Origin: Felixounavirus LF82P1
Direction: 5' to 3' (one strand)
Sequence record: OZ035762.1
DNA length: 64,000 nucleotides
Within the stretch, counting starts at the first letter, position 1, and every line of letters starts with the position of its first letter. The position numbers were made by a program, and so were the translations under genes. This document shows, piece after piece, positions 1-10,477 of this stretch. Below the pieces are notes generated by a model. That model was not told where the DNA came from. It saw nothing but the letters and a program-made list of their open reading frames with translations, and searched no databases.

Positions 1-213
1 TAAGTATGGTACAGAGTTTGTTAAGATGAGGTTTGCACGTTCTGGTAAAGGTTTACTACCCAGAGTCTTGAAAGTCTCATTCCCCATTACTACTAAGTTG
101 TTTTTAGTGAGCCTCTTAAACTCTTGCATATCCTGTTTATGTCGAGGCCACGGCATACCAGTTGGAGTACCAAACTCCCCATTTTCACCACTTGCAAAGA
201 TTAATTTAATCAT
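1..213 (-). CDS. dihydrofolate reductase, N-terminal part (gene continues beyond window start)
   Basis: Minus-strand ATG at 213 overlapping stop of upstream gene (ATGA); translation MIKLIFASGENGEFGTPTGMPWPRHKQDMQEFK... matches DHFR N-terminal motifs; not in ORF track because truncated. Confidence 0.6.
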   Translation of the reverse strand, partial: MIKLIFASGENGEFGTPTGMPWPRHKQDMQEFKRLTKNNLVVMGNETFKTLGSKPLPERANLILTNSVPYL

Positions 214-470
214 TTTGTAAATCCTTTCTTAATGAACCAGTTGATAACATTCTTCACAGCTTTATTGCTATGGTAGATTAAGTGTGGTGTAGGTTGGTAT
301 GAACCATAAGCCCAGAAAGCAATGATTTCATTACATCCTGTACACCTTGTACTCTCTTCAGCAATATGACCGTTGACTATTTCACTTACCTCGCCTTGTA
401 AGTCTGTACACCCACAATGTGGACATCGGATAGGTGTTCCATCAGACTCATAGCAGTGTTCAATTTTCAT
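210..470 (-). CDS. small zinc-ribbon protein (CxxC...CxxC), hypothetical
   Basis: ORF track 86 aa; two Cys pairs (CPHCGC, CTGC). Confidence 0.5.
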   Translation of the reverse strand: MKIEHCYESDGTPIRCPHCGCTDLQGEVSEIVNGHIAEESTRCTGCNEIIAFWAYGSYQPTPHLIYHSNKAVKNVINWFIKKGFTK

Positions 471-986
471 CTATTTAACCTCAAAAACTGGCTCAAGAAC
501 CAATATAAAGTCTACACAGTCATCTTCTTCATCCAGAATACCATCAAAGTTCTTAGGAACGAAGTCGAAGAGGCTCATCACAAAGCAGTCAGAAGTGACC
601 TTGATAGTTCCTCCCATGTTCTCTACAGTTAACACTGTACGACTTTCTTTTACCTCCCTCAGAAGATTACCCACAAAGTCATCTAAGAAATACTTCATTA
701 GTGACTTAAAACCTTTAGGGTAATCTGTACCAGAGTATGTTTCAATCTGCGGTACAAGCTTAACATTTATACTAGTCTTTGTTAAGAACGTTTTAGAGAA
801 CATACTATCAGGTAGCTTACAAACAGTCTTTCCAGTACCTTCATGCTCAATCTCAACAAAACCAGCTTCATCGCCACATGTGACTATTTTAAAAGATGCT
901 TCATTATCACCCTGTGAAGCCATAAACTTTTTAAGCATCGTTTTAAGGAAATCTGCATGAGCATCTTGTAAGTAGATATCAATCAT
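471..986 (-). CDS. hypothetical protein
   Basis: ORF track 171 aa, tightly packed with neighbours on same strand. Confidence 0.5.
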   Translation of the reverse strand: MIDIYLQDAHADFLKTMLKKFMASQGDNEASFKIVTCGDEAGFVEIEHEGTGKTVCKLPDSMFSKTFLTKTSINVKLVPQIETYSGTDYPKGFKSLMKYFLDDFVGNLLREVKESRTVLTVENMGGTIKVTSDCFVMSLFDFVPKNFDGILDEEDDCVDFILVLEPVFEVK

Positions 987-999
987 AGTTAATCACCTA

Positions 1000-1359
1000 T
1001 TATGGGAACAGACACTTAATGTCGTCGTTTTTGAAAACAAAACTCGTGTAGTTATGACCGTCAACATCCAGCCAAACAGCCTGAACATCTACACCATCAA
1101 GATTCTGGTAAAGCTCTTTGATGAAGTGGTCTTTCACAATCTGACTGCTAGTTGTTTCCAGCTTAATGTTCGAGATTGCTGAACCTACAGCCATATAGCC
1201 CATGACACGTTTCTTCTCAGTATGCTTAATCTTACCATCTTTGTAAGCCATAATGAGATTGGAGAGAATCTTCACACCATAATACTTTTCAAGGTGAGTA
1301 GGTACACCATAAAAGCCTAATGCGAAGTTTTCAGAGTGGATAATGTTTTCACGTTTCAT
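1000..1359 (-). CDS. hypothetical protein
   Basis: ORF track 119 aa. Confidence 0.5.
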   Translation of the reverse strand: MKRENIIHSENFALGFYGVPTHLEKYYGVKILSNLIMAYKDGKIKHTEKKRVMGYMAVGSAISNIKLETTSSQIVKDHFIKELYQNLDGVDVQAVWLDVDGHNYTSFVFKNDDIKCLFP

Positions 1360-1360
1360 A

Positions 1361-1690
1361 TTAATCTGCCAGCCTTAAATTGAAATTAACACCAAATTTT
1401 TCACATACTTCCAACATATACTCAAGGGAGACATTACCAGTGAGGTGGATTATGTTGGATACGCGAGCCTGAGAGATACCACAAATTTTAGCAACTTGCT
1501 CTTGAGAAAGACCTCTGGATTTAATCTCTTTCTTAAAACGGTGTGCAACGAAATCTCTCATTTCGTCTACATCCATTGGACAAACATAACTCTCCATTTC
1601 AGCCTCTCTGTCAGCCTCCCAATCATCTTGTGGAGCATAAGGGTCAAAAACTTCATTCATCTTTCTTCTTCCGTTTACGTGAAGTGTCAA
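1361..1690 (-). CDS. helix-turn-helix (XRE-like) DNA-binding protein
   Basis: 109 aa; segment LSQEQVAKICGISQARVSNI resembles HTH_3 motif. Confidence 0.5.
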   Translation of the reverse strand: MTLHVNGRRKMNEVFDPYAPQDDWEADREAEMESYVCPMDVDEMRDFVAHRFKKEIKSRGLSQEQVAKICGISQARVSNIIHLTGNVSLEYMLEVCEKFGVNFNLRLAD

Positions 1691-1865
1691 TTAATGAATC
1701 TATGTTTGTAGCCCTAACCTTTTCACGTTCATCGTTAAGATAATCATCAAGAGCCTTTTCAATCTGTGAATCATCTTGACAGATGACTGTAAATACTGTA
1801 AAGCCGTCTGTATCATCGACTATCTTACCATAACCGCTTCTGGGATGTAACTTTTTAAGAGCCAT
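1653..1865 (-). CDS. hypothetical small protein
   Basis: ORF track 70 aa, overlaps neighbour start; start may be internal. Confidence 0.35.
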   Translation of the reverse strand: MALKKLHPRSGYGKIVDDTDGFTVFTVICQDDSQIEKALDDYLNDEREKVRATNIDSLIDTSRKRKKKDE

Positions 1866-1866
1866 A

Positions 1867-2250
1867 TCAAATACCTGTGCAGCTTCTGTTTTCTAAGAAA
1901 TACTCAACACCATACATAGCTTTTTGCATCAAATCTTCTTTAAACTGGATACGATGATTTAGCATAGCCTGTACATCAATATCTTCATGGTGCTTCTCTT
2001 TAATGTTTGCAGATTGCAGGAAATACTCTGCAAGAACACGATACTGATAGTCAGTTACTTTATCAGTCATCTCTGTCAAAGACTCTTCAGAGATTGGTTT
2101 AAGTAGCTCACCATTAGCTAGAGCAACACCTTTAACAATCTGGCAAGTGTCTTCTGGAACACCTGATAAGTCCACATTTGGAAGTTCTGTTGCATTAACT
2201 GGTAAATTCATTGCCATAACCATTGCAGCAGCTAATAAAACCTTTTTCAT
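1867..2250 (-). CDS. secreted/periplasmic hypothetical protein
   Basis: 127 aa; N-terminal signal-peptide-like MKKVLLAAAMVMAMNLPVNA. Confidence 0.5.
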   Translation of the reverse strand: MKKVLLAAAMVMAMNLPVNATELPNVDLSGVPEDTCQIVKGVALANGELLKPISEESLTEMTDKVTDYQYRVLAEYFLQSANIKEKHHEDIDVQAMLNHRIQFKEDLMQKAMYGVEYFLENRSCTGI

Positions 2251-2279
2251 AATGACCTCAAAGTTATATTAAATTTTGT

Positions 2280-2760
2280 ATTACATTGAGTATAAAAATA
2301 AGCTATAACACCTGACTTGTCAACAGATTTTATAGCTTATTTGGCAGATTTTTTATAAGGCTACTGCCATCCTTCCATACCCTACCTTACCACACCCAAC
2401 CATACCTAACCAAACTACACCATACAATACCTTATTAAAAGACCCTCTTAAAGACCTTTTAAAAAGGTAAGTCTCATTTTAATGTAGCTGAGACTAACTA
2501 CCTGCACCGAACCTCACCTGACCTGACCGCGCCATACCTAACCGCGCTTTACCACACCTCACTTAAAAACCCTATGAGATACTCTATCGAATATAATTTA
2601 AAGACTCTTAAGTGATGTAATCGAATTTTTATGTAGCTCCGATTAACTACCCGCACTTTACCAAACCTCACCCTACCCTACCAGACCTTACCTAACCGCG
2701 CCGTACCTCATTAAAAGACCCTCTTAAAGACCTTTTAAAAAGGAGCCTCCGAAGAGGCTA
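2280..2760. repeat. intergenic repeat block: CA-rich (ACC/CTACC) tracts plus conserved hairpin unit AAAGACCTTTTAAAAAGGTAAGTCTCATTTTAATGTAGCTGAGACT
   Basis: Unit at about 2441-2510 nearly identical to 3961-4030; partial copies 2560-2650 and 2695-2760; inverted repeat AGTCTCA/TGAGACT. Confidence 0.6.
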
Positions 2761-2770
2761 CCTAGTCAAC

Positions 2771-3211
2771 TTAGAAAGGTTTTCTACGTTGCTTGTTAAT
2801 GTTAGCTTTCATAGCAGCTAAATGGTTTTGCTGTTCAATCAGTCGTGAACGTTCTTGATGACTAAGTGCCATAGTATTCACATTCTCAATCGCTTGAGTG
2901 GCTTGCTTTAAAGCACGACCAATCTTACCAGACATTTTACGTTTTGCAATAGTTGCTTGATGCTTAGGTTCAACCACACGATAACCAACACCCATTGAAG
3001 CAACCAGATAAATCTTCTCTTCTTTAAGAAGCTTTTCAATAAACTTCTCAAGTCGGTTTAGACGTGTAAGTGCATAAGCCTTCATTTCATCTTCGTACTT
3101 AACAATGTCACCTTGATAAGTTGGCTTCACAATACCTAAGAAGGTGTCCATCTCAGAATGTGATACAGTGTCACCGTAACTAAACTTTGCTGCTAATGCT
3201 TTTGTATTCAT
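2771..3211 (-). CDS. hypothetical protein
   Basis: ORF track 146 aa. Confidence 0.5.
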   Translation of the reverse strand: MNTKALAAKFSYGDTVSHSEMDTFLGIVKPTYQGDIVKYEDEMKAYALTRLNRLEKFIEKLLKEEKIYLVASMGVGYRVVEPKHQATIAKRKMSGKIGRALKQATQAIENVNTMALSHQERSRLIEQQNHLAAMKANINKQRRKPF

Positions 3212-3213
3212 AA

Positions 3214-3819
<606 letters not shown>

Positions 3820-3839
3820 TTAGTTGATTGTTAAGTTGT

Positions 3840-4140
3840 TTGTAAAGAACCCTCAACAGAAGACTCTTTAGAAACTTGGTAGATTTTTAACGTGGATACT
3901 ACCATCCACCCATACCGTGCCACACCACACCGGACCGTACCATGCCCAACCCTACTACACCAGACCTTATTAAAAGACCCTCTCCAAAGACCTTTTAAAA
4001 AGGTAAGTCTCATTTTAATGTAGCTGAGACTAACTACCCATACATTACCGCACCATATTATACCCTACCCCACCATACTTCACTGCACCGAGCCACGCAT
4101 TACATCACTTAAAAACCCTTTTCAAAGACTCTTAAGTGAT
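3840..4140. repeat. second copy of CA-rich tract + hairpin unit repeat
   Basis: 3961-4030 near-identical to 2441-2510; flanking CCATACC/CTACC tracts. Confidence 0.6.
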
Positions 4141-4355
4141 GCTGGTGAGTACCCGTTGGTTTATGATGCTCAGTATACTCACCAAATTTCCTATGTCAAC
4201 AACTTTTATAAAAAAGTTCTGATAGCTATATGCGTCACGAAACAAAAGATTGTAAACAAGACACCCATTGCAAAAGATGTGTCCAAAAGCTTACTTGCAA
4301 CGTATGACAATACAAAGACAACCAGTATAAATAGAATGACTGTACTGAACATAGT

Positions 4356-5456
4356 TTACTCATAATCCCTAATAACTAGCCCTACAGGAAACTGTAAAGA
4401 ACCTTTACGAGTCATCTTCTGGAACTGAACAGTTAAAGGTTTCCCGATAAACTCTTCAGGATGTTCAGCAAGATACTGTTTCTTCTCGTGTGTAGTTTTC
4501 CATGAAACATCTACAAAGACGTTAGGAAGAGTCTCTACAACGAACTTACCATGACCACGCTTATCGGTCTTTACACCAGTCACTTTAAACTCTTCAGTGT
4601 GCATCTTCTTGTGCTTAATCAAGAAGTATGAACGGTGACAACACTCATAGAAGGAGTCTTCAGAGATTGAACGGTACATTGCACCTTCAAACTTAGCTTC
4701 AACCCACTTATCATGAGCTTCATCAAACTCTTCCCAAGAATTTACACGGATAGTCTGTACAGGAACAACTCTACAGGTATCCCCAAGCTCAACAATAGGT
4801 GAGTTATCAATAACTTCACGACGCTCAGGCCAAGATTTTGAATTGTCACAGATATCATACCAGTAGAATTTAAGAAGGTGACGGTCTGGATTGTCAGCAT
4901 TCTTAATCATAGATACAATATCTTCTAAGTCCCAACCATGAGCATAAATCTCTCCGTCAAAGTCTTCAACTTGCGGATGTAATTTAAGCAACAAAAGCAA
5001 ATCTGGGATTAGTTCTGTTGGAACGTTGTAAACAGTATTCTCACGAGAATAAGCTGTGAAACTGACTGCATCAGCATCTCTTGAAATTCTACAACGGACA
5101 CCATCAAGTTTTGGTTGAGCATCAGCAGGGAACTTCAGATACTTTGCATGACTAACCTTTGCAGCATCATGAGCAAGCTGTACACCTACCTTCTCAGTAT
5201 TCTGTGCAGACTCTTTTGTGTAAGCATAACCTTTGCGGTCAACTTGCTTTTTATACTTAGCAGCAACTTCAAAGAGGGCTTGCTGTTCAGCGTTACGCTC
5301 ATTCTTTTTACCGATGTTTTTAGGCTCTGCTGTATACTCTTCAAACATCATCTTGCCATTTTCTTTACCGTAGGTTGTAATAACTTTGTCACCTACAGCA
5401 ACGCATGACCAGACGTTGAAGGAACCGTCTTTATTTTGTTTGTACAGAATTGTCAT
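4356..5456 (-). CDS. ATP-dependent DNA ligase
   Basis: 366 aa; motif I KLDGVR (adenylation Lys), FDGEIY, EGAMYR, LIKHK nucleotidyltransferase motifs. Confidence 0.75.
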   Translation of the reverse strand: MTILYKQNKDGSFNVWSCVAVGDKVITTYGKENGKMMFEEYTAEPKNIGKKNERNAEQQALFEVAAKYKKQVDRKGYAYTKESAQNTEKVGVQLAHDAAKVSHAKYLKFPADAQPKLDGVRCRISRDADAVSFTAYSRENTVYNVPTELIPDLLLLLKLHPQVEDFDGEIYAHGWDLEDIVSMIKNADNPDRHLLKFYWYDICDNSKSWPERREVIDNSPIVELGDTCRVVPVQTIRVNSWEEFDEAHDKWVEAKFEGAMYRSISEDSFYECCHRSYFLIKHKKMHTEEFKVTGVKTDKRGHGKFVVETLPNVFVDVSWKTTHEKKQYLAEHPEEFIGKPLTVQFQKMTRKGSLQFPVGLVIRDYE

Positions 5457-5758
5457 TTTCTCTTACCACCAATCTCTACGTCGATAACTTGAACATCGCC
5501 AGCAACATCAAACTTATGTATGATGCTTTCCACAGTATAAGTCCAACCATCAATGCGAACCATCTCACCTTCTCGTGGAACTATTGGATTACGTTGAGCT
5601 ACAGTTGTAGTGGAGTGAACAACATCATAACGATAGATATAGTTTACTAGGACTTCCATCGTGAAAACCTCACTCAATAACCGTAGTATGTGATTGTCCA
5701 TTTTTGCCATAGCTGTAAGATGTTGTTGTTTGAGAGTTTGGACATCTGACAACAACAA
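5453..5758 (-). CDS. hypothetical protein
   Basis: ORF track 101 aa. Confidence 0.45.
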   Translation of the reverse strand: MLLSDVQTLKQQHLTAMAKMDNHILRLLSEVFTMEVLVNYIYRYDVVHSTTTVAQRNPIVPREGEMVRIDGWTYTVESIIHKFDVAGDVQVIDVEIGGKRK

Positions 5759-5930
5759 TATCTCTGCTTATAGCATCACCATGTAACTTGTATACTCTGC
5801 AATCTTGCATCTCTGGTGGGAGGCTATAAGAAGCATTTTTATCTTCATAAGAAGGGTTGCAGCCAGATAGAAAAATAACACCAAGCGCAATTACCACTTT
5901 CCACATAACACTACTCCTATTACTGTTCAC
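5670..5930 (-). CDS. putative lipoprotein
   Basis: 86 aa; signal + lipobox-like ...IFLSGC. Confidence 0.45.
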   Translation of the reverse strand: MNSNRSSVMWKVVIALGVIFLSGCNPSYEDKNASYSLPPEMQDCRVYKLHGDAISRDIVVVRCPNSQTTTSYSYGKNGQSHTTVIE

Positions 5931-6162
5931 GATGTTCTACTTCTCTGTACGTTCGTCGATAGTATATAATAAGCTGTGCTAACTCGTTGCTTTTAACATC
6001 TGAACGTAGCAGTTGCCAATCAAAACCTTTACCGACTCTTCCATATAAACTAAACAGTTTTACTTTGCGTTTCATTTTGGTATACCAATACTCAGAAGTC
6101 AATATTAATACGTTCGCCCTTAAGGACTCCAGTACGGTCTCTTGCAATCTTGCCGTCAACAA
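5920..6162 (-). CDS. hypothetical protein
   Basis: ORF track 80 aa. Confidence 0.35.
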   Translation of the reverse strand: MLTARLQETVLESLRANVLILTSEYWYTKMKRKVKLFSLYGRVGKGFDWQLLRSDVKSNELAQLIIYYRRTYREVEHREQ

Positions 6163-6319
6163 TAAGGATATGTGCAGCCCTTAAAGAGTCACTATTAAAA
6201 GCTTTTACGAACTTACTAGGCATCACTACAATGGGCATCTCCTGAATCAACTCTGGAGTATAGCAATTGTCGTGAAGTTGCTGAATAACGTCTGCAAGTG
6301 TCATTTTTGATGTCTCCAA
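6092..6319 (-). CDS. hypothetical protein
   Basis: ORF track 75 aa. Confidence 0.35.
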   Translation of the reverse strand: METSKMTLADVIQQLHDNCYTPELIQEMPIVVMPSKFVKAFNSDSLRAAHILIVDGKIARDRTGVLKGERINIDF

Positions 6320-6510
6320 TACTCAATGTCAATAAGTTCTTGTGCAATGCTTTTAAGGTTACCTTTCAAGAAAACCTTCTCAGAACCTGAAAGAGATGAA
6401 TTGTCAATTAACCTGTTCATTCTCTCAAACAACTTCTGCTTACGATTTTTGATAGTCTCCTTTGAAGCACCTTTCATCATTGCTGCATGGGTTCTTCCAC
6501 GATGGCTCAT
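6301..6510 (-). CDS. hypothetical protein
   Basis: ORF track 69 aa. Confidence 0.35.
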   Translation of the reverse strand: MSHRGRTHAAMMKGASKETIKNRKQKLFERMNRLIDNSSLSGSEKVFLKGNLKSIAQELIDIEYWRHQK

Positions 6511-6561
6511 AAGCCCTCCTATATAAGATACAGTATAAGGTACTCTTCCATGAGCACCTTG

Positions 6562-7125
6562 TCAACTTAGTTTTGCAAACTCTCCGTGGAGTTTAATAGC
6601 AGCTTCACAGTAAGCTTTATGGGCTTCTTCTGGTGTGTCAAACATACCAAGATGATAGTTTTTACCTTGTAAACGTATCATTGCTCGAAACCTTTTACTT
6701 ATCTTCTGTACACCTTTTGGCAACCCAGATGGGGACTTTCTTGACCGATTGCAAGAGTTTTGTGAAGCTGTACAAACCCTTAAATTCAAGTACCTATTGT
6801 CCCAACCGTCCCCATTCTTATGGTCAACCTGTAAGTTTTTATCAGGCAGGTATCCATCCACATATAGTATTGCTAGACGGTTAGCTTGGTAGCCTTTACC
6901 ATCAAGCAATAACTGAACAGACTTGTGACCATCTGTGTTTATCCTATAATTTCCTGCCTTTTTACCTCCAAAACGAGAGTTGAAGTTCTTATTGCCTCGT
7001 GATACCGGCTCTCTAAACTTCCAAGTAAAGACCCCTGTTTCGGGGTCGTAGTCCAATAGCTCCTTAAGACGAATTTCTGTAATCATTTCAACACCATCAA
7101 TGTACTTCCAACCAGCTCTTACCAA
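6562..7125 (-). CDS. HNH homing endonuclease with AP2-like DNA-binding domain
   Basis: 187 aa; motif DHKNGDGWDNRYLNLRVCTASQN; paralog of 16677-17201 (shared YDPETGVFTW N-terminus). Confidence 0.6.
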   Translation of the reverse strand: MVRAGWKYIDGVEMITEIRLKELLDYDPETGVFTWKFREPVSRGNKNFNSRFGGKKAGNYRINTDGHKSVQLLLDGKGYQANRLAILYVDGYLPDKNLQVDHKNGDGWDNRYLNLRVCTASQNSCNRSRKSPSGLPKGVQKISKRFRAMIRLQGKNYHLGMFDTPEEAHKAYCEAAIKLHGEFAKLS

Positions 7126-9796
7126 CCTTACCTGTGCCAGTTACAAGCGTCTCACTCTTCAAACCTAAATTCTTAGATGCCTGACCATACATCCAGTCAG
7201 TTATGGCTTTCACTTCTTGAGTCATACTTTCTGGACATTCCCAACTGTTTTCATCGTGGTATGCCAGCAAAAGCCTAGCACCAATTGCTGGTTTTCGTCC
7301 ATTTAATTTTGTCAACCCTTCTTCACATGCTCTTCTACAAGCAAGGTTAATTGCCTCATTTTGAATCTGAGCCTCCGAACCCATGAGCAAATAATTCAAT
7401 AACTTATGTGGAGATTTACACCACAACCAAGCTCCAGCAACCTTTACGAAGCCACCTTTAGAGATTGCAGCAGTCTTACCAAACACCTCTTCAAGTGCCT
7501 TTTTAGTTGCTTTGTAGTCAGCTTCCAAGTCATCTAACAGCTTCTTAATTTTAGGCAAACGTATAAAGTAAGTTTGTTTAGTCAGTGCACCTTCCTGAGT
7601 AGTTGCAGCTTTAATCGTCTTAGCAAACTTCTCATCCCCTGCACCGAACAGCAGTGCATAGATACCATTCTTAGCTTTCTTACGACCCTTACTAATCTCA
7701 TGGAGAAGATTCTCATCCTGAGTAGCTCGACAAGTCAAGATATCCTGCTCATCATTCAAGCTAAAGTAAATACTGTTCAGTGTATGTGCATCAGTCCCTG
7801 AATAGACAACGTACAGGTCATTCTCAGAGTCATAACGAAGGTACTTATCAATCTCTGGGTTGAGGTACTCATCAAAGTGTTTGCAGTAATAGCGTCCATC
7901 TTCTTGACGAATGAACTCAATTTCTTCTTTACCTTGCGTTACCGCTTTGGTGAAGTCTTTATCACCCATAAAGTTACAAAGAAGAACTAGCTGGGCTGAG
8001 TTCATATCTACAGAGACAACGTTAGTACCTTCCTCACAAATCCACACTGCCCTCATTGGTTCCCCATAGACAGCAGCACCAGACGGTACGTTTACAATAC
8101 CATACTGTGTCATACGTCCAGTTGAAGTACCAAACACCATTGCACCAGCACTAAGGCGACCATCAGGACGAATCTGGTTCAACCAACCTTTTTCATCATC
8201 CTTTGAGTTCTCAATAGTTCTGCGTCGGTGCATCAAAGTGTAGTATTTAGCAATCTTCTGTCCAAGCTCACCTTCAATCGTATCGTAAGATGATTCAGTA
8301 AGTTTTGGTGAAGTACGGATTAAGCAAGGCTCAAGCAAATCTGTGTACTTCTTCACAGACCAGTTATGCTCAATGTACTGTGCACCTTCATGTTCAACAT
8401 AACTTAAACCACAACGTTCTACCATCTCCTGCCACTTAGGATGTTTTGTAATCATCTTTTTATTGTCTTTGAAACGACAAACTTTGACAGGGCGACCGTC
8501 TGAGTCTTTCTTGTAGTTCCAGTCATCTGGAATCCAACCAACTGATTTCAAGTAGTCTTTAACAACTGCTACCTGAGTCATACGAGAAACTTCAAACTCA
8601 ATTGGTGTATATGGTGCATCAATCAAACCTGTGTAGCGACTTGACTCAAGTTCAAAGTGGTTAACAACGTGGCTGTTATAGTACTTCACAGTTTTGACTG
8701 TTTTTACTGGCTTCCAATCTTTGCATTTCTTACCAATCTTTGCGTTTAACTCATTGCAAATTGCACGAGCATCCTTCATTGCTACAAAGCCTTCCTTGTA
8801 CTCTTCACCAGTTACAGAGTTGGTTGGTGTATAGCAATTTCTCTTTTCAATGTTAAAAATCTTTGTAGTTGGTTTACCAAATGGTTTGATTTCATAAGTC
8901 TGCATCTCACCATTACGTACCTGCTGACGATACTTTGTCTTAGGGTACTTGGTGATTCTCTTCAGTCCATCTGCATGACCGAATGCTTCAACATACTCAT
9001 TCCAAGCTTTTGCAAACTCTTCTCCAGTGACTTTACCTTTGGTCTTAATAGTTGGAGGTAGATGTGGTTCAACCTCTGAAGCAAGCTCATTAGTCAACTT
9101 GTCAAGTTCCTTTACATGGAACTCCATAAGCTCTTTATCAGCTTTCCAGCCATTGATAGCTTGTTGACTCATCCAGAAAGATGTTTCTTTAGCTCGCATG
9201 TAGGTTTCATAAGTGTCTATGCCACACTTCTTAAGCTTGAGATATTCATTATCAAGTGCCCGTTTAGTTTTGGCGTTAATACGGATATCTTCTACAACAC
9301 GAGTGAAGATTTCTGCATTCCACACACCCCAATGTTCAATCTCTGGTTTACGAACACCAACACGAGCACCCCATGCAGCCAAACCATGAGCACCTTTATA
9401 ACCCTTTGGAGTTGGTCTATCCATCCACTGAACACGAGACTGGATAAGAGAATCCTGAAAGAAATTACTCCACGGTTTACACTTTGGATTATCAAAGTTC
9501 CATAAATCAGGTGCAATGTGATTGAAAACCCACCAGTCATAACCGAGACCATTATGGATGCAAAGACGTTTTGCCTTTAACGCAAACTCAATACCTTCAC
9601 GTAAGCCACCCTTAATGTACTTGGTATACTTGTGACCGAGGATAGGTTCATCTGTAAAGACCCATACAGGCGGCTCTTCATCGTCAGATTTATAGTCTGC
9701 GAAAGCCATTACGTGCACTTTAGTGAACTCAAGGAGTAAACCATCAGTTTCTGTATCACCAACTAAATGTAAGTTTTTAAAATCTACGTTTTCCAT
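7097..9796 (-). CDS. DNA polymerase, family A (with 3'-5' exonuclease domain)
   Basis: Exo motif DTETDG, HNGLGYDWW; pol motifs VSVDMNSAQL (A), KxxxYALLFGAG (B), YHDE (C); start set at internal ATG 9796 preceded by GAGGGAG RBS. Confidence 0.85.
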   Translation of the reverse strand: MENVDFKNLHLVGDTETDGLLLEFTKVHVMAFADYKSDDEEPPVWVFTDEPILGHKYTKYIKGGLREGIEFALKAKRLCIHNGLGYDWWVFNHIAPDLWNFDNPKCKPWSNFFQDSLIQSRVQWMDRPTPKGYKGAHGLAAWGARVGVRKPEIEHWGVWNAEIFTRVVEDIRINAKTKRALDNEYLKLKKCGIDTYETYMRAKETSFWMSQQAINGWKADKELMEFHVKELDKLTNELASEVEPHLPPTIKTKGKVTGEEFAKAWNEYVEAFGHADGLKRITKYPKTKYRQQVRNGEMQTYEIKPFGKPTTKIFNIEKRNCYTPTNSVTGEEYKEGFVAMKDARAICNELNAKIGKKCKDWKPVKTVKTVKYYNSHVVNHFELESSRYTGLIDAPYTPIEFEVSRMTQVAVVKDYLKSVGWIPDDWNYKKDSDGRPVKVCRFKDNKKMITKHPKWQEMVERCGLSYVEHEGAQYIEHNWSVKKYTDLLEPCLIRTSPKLTESSYDTIEGELGQKIAKYYTLMHRRRTIENSKDDEKGWLNQIRPDGRLSAGAMVFGTSTGRMTQYGIVNVPSGAAVYGEPMRAVWICEEGTNVVSVDMNSAQLVLLCNFMGDKDFTKAVTQGKEEIEFIRQEDGRYYCKHFDEYLNPEIDKYLRYDSENDLYVVYSGTDAHTLNSIYFSLNDEQDILTCRATQDENLLHEISKGRKKAKNGIYALLFGAGDEKFAKTIKAATTQEGALTKQTYFIRLPKIKKLLDDLEADYKATKKALEEVFGKTAAISKGGFVKVAGAWLWCKSPHKLLNYLLMGSEAQIQNEAINLACRRACEEGLTKLNGRKPAIGARLLLAYHDENSWECPESMTQEVKAITDWMYGQASKNLGLKSETLVTGTGKVGKSWLEVH

Positions 9797-10053
9797 TTTT
9801 ACTCCCTCTAAAATCATTAACCTCATACATTACTGCAAAAAATTATAAAAAGCAAGTTGACAATGCACTTGACAAGGTGTTAATCTTTGCGAAGTGGGTT
9901 TTTACTTAAAAGGTTACTTAACAGTTTAACTATACAGATACTTTAAAACTCTTAAAAGATTATTTAATAGCTTTTAAAAAGCTTTAAAGTATAACGTATA
10001 GAATACGTTAAGATAAAAGATTAAAACTTAATAGTTACTTAAAAGAGGCTTAC

Positions 10054-10476
10054 ATGCAGAAAATGTTTGTTCACCCAGACATAGCTGACTTTGTTAGAGC
10101 TTTGCAGAAGTTGGAAGAACTTGACATTGCTGCTCAACGGGAATATGCTCACCATCACAGGAGAATGGTTGATATACAACATGAAATAGAGTTATCTGAA
10201 AACTATGAAGATGACTTAAAATGCTCTGTATTTGAGCATATGAAAGATGTTGCTACAGCGAGACGTAAAGCTAAAGACACAGTTGCTTTACTAGATTCTC
10301 TTAAAAAGAGGTTGCAAAGTGGTACAGACCTGTGTAATCTAGCGTCACTGATTAACGATGTTGAAACTTCTTGGGATAGGCACTATTATCCACGTTCTGA
10401 AAAGACACTTGACTTTTCTTCATCCGAAAACTTAAAATGTTCTAGAAAGAAACTTAACCAACTGAGAGAGAAATAA
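10054..10476 (+). CDS. hypothetical protein
   Basis: ORF track 140 aa; first gene of rightward block. Confidence 0.5.
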   Translation: MQKMFVHPDIADFVRALQKLEELDIAAQREYAHHHRRMVDIQHEIELSENYEDDLKCSVFEHMKDVATARRKAKDTVALLDSLKKRLQSGTDLCNLASLINDVETSWDRHYYPRSEKTLDFSSSENLKCSRKKLNQLREK

Positions 10477-10477
10477 T

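Noticed and set aside
3831-4013. 60-aa minus-strand ORF over the GT-rich repeat tract
   Set aside because: Translation is dominated by repeat-derived G/W/V residues and lies in an intergenic repeat block; likely non-coding.
7574-9552. Plus/minus-strand ORFs 7574-7801, 9116-9505, 9292-9552 inside the DNA polymerase gene
   Set aside because: Fully embedded in or antisense to a 900-aa gene with clear polymerase motifs; low-complexity translations; treated as spurious.
9857-9900. TTGACA elements at 9859 and 9870 as a canonical promoter for the rightward block
   Set aside because: No acceptable -10 hexamer at 16-18 bp spacing; left as a motif observation only.
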